From NCBI GenBank assembly GCA_002938195.1, contig PTKX01000004.1, positions 5,794-69,793 of the forward strand: DNA of 64,000 bases, read 5' to 3'. Positions 58,160-64,000 of this stretch are shown in pieces (positions within the stretch are counted from its first letter, which is position 1; each line of letters starts with the position of its first letter). The notes beneath the pieces are model-generated. The model searched no databases. It worked only from the letters and a program-made list of their open reading frames with translations, and was not told the origin of the DNA. The position numbers and the translations under genes were made by a program. Origin of the DNA: Alphaproteobacteria bacterium MarineAlpha5_Bin7. Its GTDB lineage: Bacteria > Pseudomonadota > Alphaproteobacteria > HIMB59 > GCA-002718135.

Positions 58160-60100
58160 TTAATTAATCTCTTTTAATTTTGATTTATATTCTTCTAAAC
58201 ATTCAGGATTGTATAAAGAATTTAAATTGGTTATTTTCTCATTATTAACAATTTTTTTTATAGTTAATTCGACTATTTTCCCGCTTTTTGTTTTAGGTAT
58301 ATCGCTTATTTCTATTATTAAGTAAGGAACATGTTTAGGAGATAATGAATATTTAATACTATTTTTTATCTTATCAATTAATTTATTATTTAATATGTTT
58401 TTTTTTATTAATTTTACAAACATAATTACTCTGGTATCATTTTGATATTTTTGCTCTACTGCAATACATTCTAGTATCTCATTAAAATTCTCTACTACTC
58501 TATATAACTCAGCAGTTCCTATCCTAACACCACTAGAATTCAAAGTTGCATCTGATCTGCCATAAATAATATATCCTTTATTTTTAGTTAGCATTGCATA
58601 ATCTCCGTGATACCAAATATTTGGATATTTATTAAAATACGTATTAAAAAATTTAATGTTTTTTTTGTCATTCCAAAAAAATAATGGCTTTGATGGAAAT
58701 GTGCTCTTGCATACCAATTCACCTTTCATGTTATTTAATTCTTGTCCTTTTTCATCAAATATTGCTACATCCATTCCTAATCCTTTGCATTGGATTTCTC
58801 CTGAAAAAACAGGCATATTTGGATTTCCTAATACAAAACATGAAATTAAATCAGTTCCCCCACTTATTGAGGTTAAATGTATGTCATTTTTAATTTTTTC
58901 ATAAATATAATCAAAGGTTTCATGAACAAGGGGAGAACCTGTAGAACATATAGTTTTTAAACTTTTAAGTTTATATTTTTTGTTTATTTGTATTTTATTA
59001 TTTTTAATTGTGTCTAAGAATTTAGCTCCAGTACCAAAATAATTTACTTTTTCTTTTTCAATGATATCAAATAAATTTTCATAATTAGGAAAAAAAGGTG
59101 ATCCATCATATAAAATGATTGTTGCTTCACTAGCCAAACATGAAACAAGCCAATTCCACATCATCCATCCACATGTTGTAAAATAAAATACTTTGTCACC
59201 TGGTTTAATATTACAATGAAGTTTATGTTCTTTTTTGTGCTGAATAAGTGCACCTCCTGCACCATGAACTATACATTTTGGTTTTCCAGTAGTTCCACTT
59301 GAATATAAAATATATAAAGGTAAATTAAATTCAAAACATTCATATTCATCTAATATAGATTGCTTTGCAATTATTTCATTCCAGCTATGATAACTAAATT
59401 TTACGTCAAAATTTTTTTCTTTATCATCATAAGGGATTATAATAATTTTTTTAATTGAAGGTATTTTTTTAATAATTTCATTTATTCTATTTAAAGTTTT
59501 TATTTTTTTTCCATTATAATAATAATAATTAGAAATTATTAAAATTTTTGGCTTAATTTGCTTAAACCTATCTATGACAGCTTTTGGCCCAAAATCTGAT
59601 GAGCATGAGGACCAAATAGCGCCTATTTTAGCCGCACCTAAAAAAGAAATGACTGCTTCAGGAATATTAGGCAAAATAGCTGCTATTCTATCTCCTTTGT
59701 TAATATTATTTTTTTTATAAAAACTTGCAATTTTACCAACATTGATTTTTAATTCTTTCCACTTGACTCTTCTGTTTTCACCTGATTCTGAATAAAATAT
59801 TAAAGCGTCAGATAAATCATTTTTTTGTATAAGATTTTCTGCATAATTTAATTTTGAATTTTTGAAAAATTTAGATTTAATAAAATCATTTTTATTTTCA
59901 ATTATTGGTTTTTTAATTTTTCCATTTATTTCAACAAATTTCCAAATTTCTTCCCAAAAATCTTCTTTGTTATTAATGCTCCATTCGTGTACTTTATCAA
60001 AATTTTTATTATTTATTAATTTTTTTTTATTAAGAATATTAATGAAATTATTTAAATAATTTTTTTTATTTTTTGGCGACCATAATAACCTTCTGGTCAT
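58160..60100 (-). CDS. acetoacetate-CoA ligase (acetoacetyl-CoA synthetase)
   Basis: AMP-binding motifs 'YSSGTTGKPK' and 'GGTD', 'KTKSGKI', and length and N-terminus typical of acetoacetyl-CoA synthetase. Confidence 0.8.
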   Translation of the reverse strand: MTRRLLWSPKNKKNYLNNFINILNKKKLINNKNFDKVHEWSINNKEDFWEEIWKFVEINGKIKKPIIENKNDFIKSKFFKNSKLNYAENLIQKNDLSDALIFYSESGENRRVKWKELKINVGKIASFYKKNNINKGDRIAAILPNIPEAVISFLGAAKIGAIWSSCSSDFGPKAVIDRFKQIKPKILIISNYYYYNGKKIKTLNRINEIIKKIPSIKKIIIIPYDDKEKNFDVKFSYHSWNEIIAKQSILDEYECFEFNLPLYILYSSGTTGKPKCIVHGAGGALIQHKKEHKLHCNIKPGDKVFYFTTCGWMMWNWLVSCLASEATIILYDGSPFFPNYENLFDIIEKEKVNYFGTGAKFLDTIKNNKIQINKKYKLKSLKTICSTGSPLVHETFDYIYEKIKNDIHLTSISGGTDLISCFVLGNPNMPVFSGEIQCKGLGMDVAIFDEKGQELNNMKGELVCKSTFPSKPLFFWNDKKNIKFFNTYFNKYPNIWYHGDYAMLTKNKGYIIYGRSDATLNSSGVRIGTAELYRVVENFNEILECIAVEQKYQNDTRVIMFVKLIKKNILNNKLIDKIKNSIKYSLSPKHVPYLIIEISDIPKTKSGKIVELTIKKIVNNEKITNLNSLYNPECLEEYKSKLKEIN

Positions 60101-60107
60101 TGATAAT

Positions 60108-60560
60108 TTAGATATCTTTTAATTCTTTAAGAGTTCTTATTCTCACTATTACATCAATATTATGTAATTTTAAACATGCCGGTATTTGAGGAATATCTAA
60201 ATTTACATTTTTGGTTGGTATGTCGACTACTTTATCTTCATCTTCTATGTATAAATGGTAGTGTGATTCTTTGTTTGTGCAATATAATGATTTATTTTGA
60301 TCTACTACAATCTCTCTTAACAATCCTATATTTGTAAATTGTTTTAGCGTATTGTAAATCGTAGCTAATGAAATTTTCCTATCTTCTTTCCTTACTTCTT
60401 CAAATAAGCTATCAGCAGAAACATGTCTTTTGCCATTCTCAAATAAAATTTTTGCAAGTATCATTCTTTGTTTTGTAGGTCTGATTCCATTTAGTTTCAG
60501 CTTATTTATAGCTTTATTGTAGCTACTTAATGGATTGAAAGTTTGTATTTTTAAAGACAT
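60108..60560 (-). CDS. Fur-family transcriptional regulator, Irr-like (no CxxC pairs)
   Basis: wHTH 'RPTKQRMILAKIL...SLATIYNTLKQF' and 'SHYH' in place of the Fur HHHDH/Cys metal sites. Confidence 0.75.
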   Translation of the reverse strand: MSLKIQTFNPLSSYNKAINKLKLNGIRPTKQRMILAKILFENGKRHVSADSLFEEVRKEDRKISLATIYNTLKQFTNIGLLREIVVDQNKSLYCTNKESHYHLYIEDEDKVVDIPTKNVNLDIPQIPACLKLHNIDVIVRIRTLKELKDI

Positions 60561-60589
60561 AATTTAAAGTAGATATATATATATTTAAA

Positions 60590-61390
60590 ATGATTAAGTA
60601 CATATTTTCTGCAATTTTTGTATATTTTTTTATAGGTTTAGTGCTTTTTCTATTCCAAAGGAAAATTCTATTTAATACGTCTGGAAAGCCAAAAAAACCT
60701 GAATATTATGATTTATATAATATTGATACTATTAGAATACCTACAACTGATAAAATAAATTTACTTGCTTGGTATTCCAAGCCAGTAAATCACAATCCTC
60801 TATTAATATATTTTCATGGAAATTCTTACGATATAGGAGAAAGAGCTTATAGAATAAAAAGATATATTAAATATGGTTGGGGGGTTTTGTTGTTGGCTTG
60901 GAGAGGATATAGTGGCAATCTTGGAACTCCATCTGAAAAGAACCTATACATCGATGCAGAATCTACACTTAATTGGATAAATGATAATACAAATATTGAT
61001 AAAAAAAATATTATAATTTATGGAGAATCTCTCGGAGCTGCAGTAGCTGTAAATATTGGCACAAAATATAAATTTAAATCAATAATATTAGAAGCTCCTT
61101 TTACTTCAGTTGCCGATATTGCTAGTAAAAGATATAAAATTTTCCCAGTAAAGCATTTAATAATGGACAAATTTGATAATTATTCAAAAATCGACAAAAT
61201 CATATCTCCAGTTCTTTTTATAAGTGGTAAGAAGGATGAAATCACCCCCCATTCTCACAGTCTAAAATTATATTCTAAGGCAAATCAACCAAAAGATAGT
61301 GTTTTTATTGACGAAGCAATGCATAATAATTTATACGATTTTGGAATTGAAAAAGACGTTATAAAATTTAATTTAAATATATGGAAATAG
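60590..61390 (+). CDS. alpha/beta-fold hydrolase with N-terminal membrane anchor (BEM46/ABHD13-like)
   Basis: 'YFHGNS' and the nucleophile elbow 'GESLGAA', with later Asp and His ('AMHNN'). Confidence 0.72.
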   Translation: MIKYIFSAIFVYFFIGLVLFLFQRKILFNTSGKPKKPEYYDLYNIDTIRIPTTDKINLLAWYSKPVNHNPLLIYFHGNSYDIGERAYRIKRYIKYGWGVLLLAWRGYSGNLGTPSEKNLYIDAESTLNWINDNTNIDKKNIIIYGESLGAAVAVNIGTKYKFKSIILEAPFTSVADIASKRYKIFPVKHLIMDKFDNYSKIDKIISPVLFISGKKDEITPHSHSLKLYSKANQPKDSVFIDEAMHNNLYDFGIEKDVIKFNLNIWK

Positions 61391-62682
61391 ATTTAACTAC
61401 ATCATACGTTGGTATACTAAGTTTAATAGTTTTTGTTCTTGCTTATGCTGTTGTAATGGCTGAAGAATTTAGTCATTTAAGAAAATCAAAACCAGTTATT
61501 ATTTCAGCAGCTGTAATTTGGGGAATCATTGCCTTTCATTTTTCATCAGATAAAGAAATTGCGAAAGAAATAGAACATGCATTAGAACATAATATATTAG
61601 AATTTGCAGAATTATTTCTATTTCTATTAGTTGCAATGACATACATTAATGCTTTAGAGGAAAGACAAGTTTTTAATGTAGTTCGTTATCAACTAACTTC
61701 AAGAGGTTATAGTTTTAGACAGCTTTTTATTTTTACAGGTATCATTACTTTCTTTTTATCTCCTATAGCCGATAATTTAACAACAGCCTTAGTGATGTGT
61801 TCAGTTTTATTAGCTTGTGGAAAGGGTAACACTAAATTTTTATCACTAGGGTGTATTAACATTGTTGTTGCCGCAAATGCAGGAGGTGCTTACAGTCCTT
61901 TTGGAGACATCACAACTCTAATGGTTTGGCAAGCCGGAATAGTTGATTTTTTTACTTTTTTTAATATTTTTATTCCTTCAGTTGTAAACTATGTCATTCC
62001 TGCTGCAATTATGTATTTTTTTATTCCAAATGACAAACCTAGTGTAAGTACAGACGTAGTTTATATTAAAAGAGGTGGCAAATTTATAATTTTTTTAGGC
62101 CTTCTTACAATTTTTAGCGCTGTTAATTTTCATAACTTCCTTCATTTACCCCCCATGCTGGGTATGATGTTTGGATTGGGTTTGCTTGGTTTATATTCAT
62201 ATTATTTAAAAATCACTTATGACTCTAAAATTGATGATCAAAAATTTGATTTTTTTAGAAAAATATCCAGAGCTGAATGGGATACTTTATTATTTTTCTT
62301 TGGAGTTATTTTAAGTGTTGGGGGTTTAGGATTTATTGGATATTTAACACTAGTATCAGAATTTCTTTATGATGGTCTTGGAGCAACTATTGCTAACTCT
62401 ATTGTAGGAATTCTATCTGCAATTGTTGATAATATTCCTGTTATGTTTGCAGTAATCACAATGAGACCAGAAATGTCTATTGATCAATGGCTTTTAGTTA
62501 CTTTAACCACAGGTGTGGGAGGTAGTTTGTTGTCTATAGGTTCAGCTGCAGGAGTTGCTCTAATGGGTCAAGCTAGAGGATATTATACTTTTTTTGGTCA
62601 TTTAAAATGGACCCCTGTAATATTCATTGGTTATATAGCCAGTATATATGTTCATATGTTTTTAACTGGTTTAACTTTGTAA
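61381..62682 (+). CDS. nhaD: Na+/H+ antiporter, NhaD/ArsB permease family
   Basis: A polytopic 433-aa protein with 'SPIADNLTTAL' and 'SAIVDNIPV' repeat motifs. Confidence 0.72.
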   Translation: MEIDLTTSYVGILSLIVFVLAYAVVMAEEFSHLRKSKPVIISAAVIWGIIAFHFSSDKEIAKEIEHALEHNILEFAELFLFLLVAMTYINALEERQVFNVVRYQLTSRGYSFRQLFIFTGIITFFLSPIADNLTTALVMCSVLLACGKGNTKFLSLGCINIVVAANAGGAYSPFGDITTLMVWQAGIVDFFTFFNIFIPSVVNYVIPAAIMYFFIPNDKPSVSTDVVYIKRGGKFIIFLGLLTIFSAVNFHNFLHLPPMLGMMFGLGLLGLYSYYLKITYDSKIDDQKFDFFRKISRAEWDTLLFFFGVILSVGGLGFIGYLTLVSEFLYDGLGATIANSIVGILSAIVDNIPVMFAVITMRPEMSIDQWLLVTLTTGVGGSLLSIGSAAGVALMGQARGYYTFFGHLKWTPVIFIGYIASIYVHMFLTGLTL

Positions 62683-64000
62683 GTAAAATTATCTATTAAA
62701 AAATATATAATTAAACTTATGATTAAAATTATTCCAGCTACAAAAGAGGCTTCATTGAATCTATATGAAGAAATCAATCGAAATAATAATGATGGCAGTG
62801 TTTCAAAATTTTGATTCTTGAAGAATGAAATTATTGTAAAATCTCCAAATGTAATTACAGTAGAAAAAGAAAAGACATATAATATATTTTTTTTTATAAG
62901 AGGAAATATTATTATATAATAATCTGAAATTTTTATTCTATAAGTTTCTTTGAAGTCTTCATAAGTTAAATAAATATTTTTAAGATTATTGAATAGTATT
63001 AATATTGAAAAAGGAATTAAAAAAATACTATTAATCAAAATAACAACTAAAAAGTTAAAAAATTTTATATATCTGTATTCTCCAAGAATAATAAAATAAC
63101 CAAGACTAAAAATAACTGGAGAAATTATGAGTATTGAGGAAGTTAATAAGAATAAAATTTTTTGTAATCGAGGTTTTTTATAATTATGTGTTAATAATAT
63201 TGTAATAAATAAGCCAGATACGCTAACAATTAATCCTGTTAGCATCGATATGGCAATGGAATTTAAAAGAGCATTGATAAAACTTTTATTAAACAAAAAA
63301 TCTTCAATTAATCCCTGATTTATAAAATTAATCAATATACAAATTATAGGCGAAAATAGAAATAAGCTTAAAAAAAATATAAATATATAATCAGATATTT
63401 TGATAAATTTATAATCTTTATGAGGATGTATATAAGAATTAATATTAATTTCAAAAAACCTAGATCCTTTCAAATTATTAAATCCTATATAAACAAAAAT
63501 TAAACAAATAAATATTTGTATAAAACTCAATACAATTGCTTTATCAAAGTTTAATTCAAATAATGCATATTGATAAATCGCTACTTCTATAGTTGAATTT
63601 AATGGCCCTCCCCCTAAGGCCATTACAATAGCAAAACTTAAAAAACATAAAGAAAATATTATTGAAAAAACTGTAAATAAATTTTGTCTTATAATTGGAA
63701 TTTCTAATTTATATATATTTACAAAATAAGTCAGGTTTAAGGAACTTGATATTTCATAATATTTATTTGGTATGTTATTTAGGTTTTGAAAAAATAATCT
63801 AGATGCGAACGGAGCATTCAATAAGATATGTGAAATTATAATTGCTTCAGTACCATAGATAGAATTTAATCCTATCATTTCATAAAAATTAAAATAATAA
63901 TTATAAAACCCATTTTTCCCAAAAAGTTTTATAAAAGCATAAACTATAAGAATAGCGGGTATTACAAATGAAAAACCACTAATTGAAATTATTAATTTAA
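62652..64000 (-). CDS. two-domain ABC transporter permease (ThiP/FbpB type), N-terminus beyond window
   Basis: I translated upstream of the track's Met at 63878 and the frame stays open to position 64000. The protein is polytopic with two permease-like halves. Confidence 0.7.
   Translation of the reverse strand, partial: KLIISISGFSFVIPAILIVYAFIKLFGKNGFYNYYFNFYEMIGLNSIYGTEAIIISHILLNAPFASRLFFQNLNNIPNKYYEISSSLNLTYFVNIYKLEIPIIRQNLFTVFSIIFSLCFLSFAIVMALGGGPLNSTIEVAIYQYALFELNFDKAIVLSFIQIFICLIFVYIGFNNLKGSRFFEININSYIHPHKDYKFIKISDYIFIFFLSLFLFSPIICILINFINQGLIEDFLFNKSFINALLNSIAISMLTGLIVSVSGLFITILLTHNYKKPRLQKILFLLTSSILIISPVIFSLGYFIILGEYRYIKFFNFLVVILINSIFLIPFSILILFNNLKNIYLTYEDFKETYRIKISDYYIIIFPLIKKNILYVFSFSTVITFGDFTIISFFKNQNFETLPSLLFRLISSYRFNEASFVAGIILIISLIIYFLIDNFTYKVKPVKNI

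Noticed and set aside
60573-60586. A short (AT)n run between the Fur-like gene and the hydrolase gene, considered as a microsatellite or phase-variation tract.
   Set aside because: It has only about 6-7 dinucleotide units in an A+T-rich promoter spacer, which is too short and too common to call.
1-64000. CRISPR arrays, rRNA genes, IS elements, prophage genes, toxin-antitoxin pairs, or known defence systems.
   Set aside because: I saw no regularly spaced repeats, no transposase/integrase/RT/nuclease-helicase-like ORFs and no rRNA-like G+C-rich segment. The RatA-like protein has the SRPBCC/COQ10 housekeeping context and no antitoxin partner.

Overview
This 64-kb window comes from a very A+T-rich, extremely gene-dense alphaproteobacterial chromosome. 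Composition, near-zero or overlapping intergenic spacers and gene order suggest a streamlined marine SAR11/Pelagibacterales-type genome; this is inference only, since no database search was possible. I call 69 protein genes, 2 tRNAs (Ser-GCU, Glu-UUC), one clean bidirectional terminator, and a few tentative promoter/operator sites. Content is overwhelmingly core housekeeping:
- pdhB-pdhC-lipA
- ispDF, ntrYX, trkA
- topA, plsY, pyrB, gatCAB
- dapA, smpB, then rpoZ-spoT-acpS-lepB-rnc-era-recO-parC
- a TRAP transporter and gcdH
- rpiB-glyA-nrdR-ribD-ribE-ribBX-ribH-nusB-thiL
- an H+-pyrophosphatase and bamE
- rpmF-plsX-ihfA, rplM-rpsI, argC, hom, recJ
- qor, acetoacetyl-CoA synthetase, an Irr-like Fur regulator, nhaD, and a two-domain ABC permease that runs off the window end

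I saw no rRNA, CRISPR, transposase, integrase, prophage or recognisable defence gene. I did not find a convincing novel multi-gene system. The only place one could plausibly sit is a ~3.4-kb patch (22490-25864) between gatB and tRNA-Ser/dapA. It holds four uncharacterised envelope-type genes and the longest non-coding stretch in the window.

Other points worth a second look are architectural:
- a tRNA whose CCA end overlaps the dapA ribosome-binding site
- head-to-head start codons 5-20 nt apart
- possible leaderless promoters
- a degenerate NtrX AAA+ domain
- a Cys-less RibBX domain
- a long acidic RpoZ tail
- loss of regulatory genes from otherwise conserved alphaproteobacterial synteny

All family assignments rest on motif recognition by eye. 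GC content was not computed.
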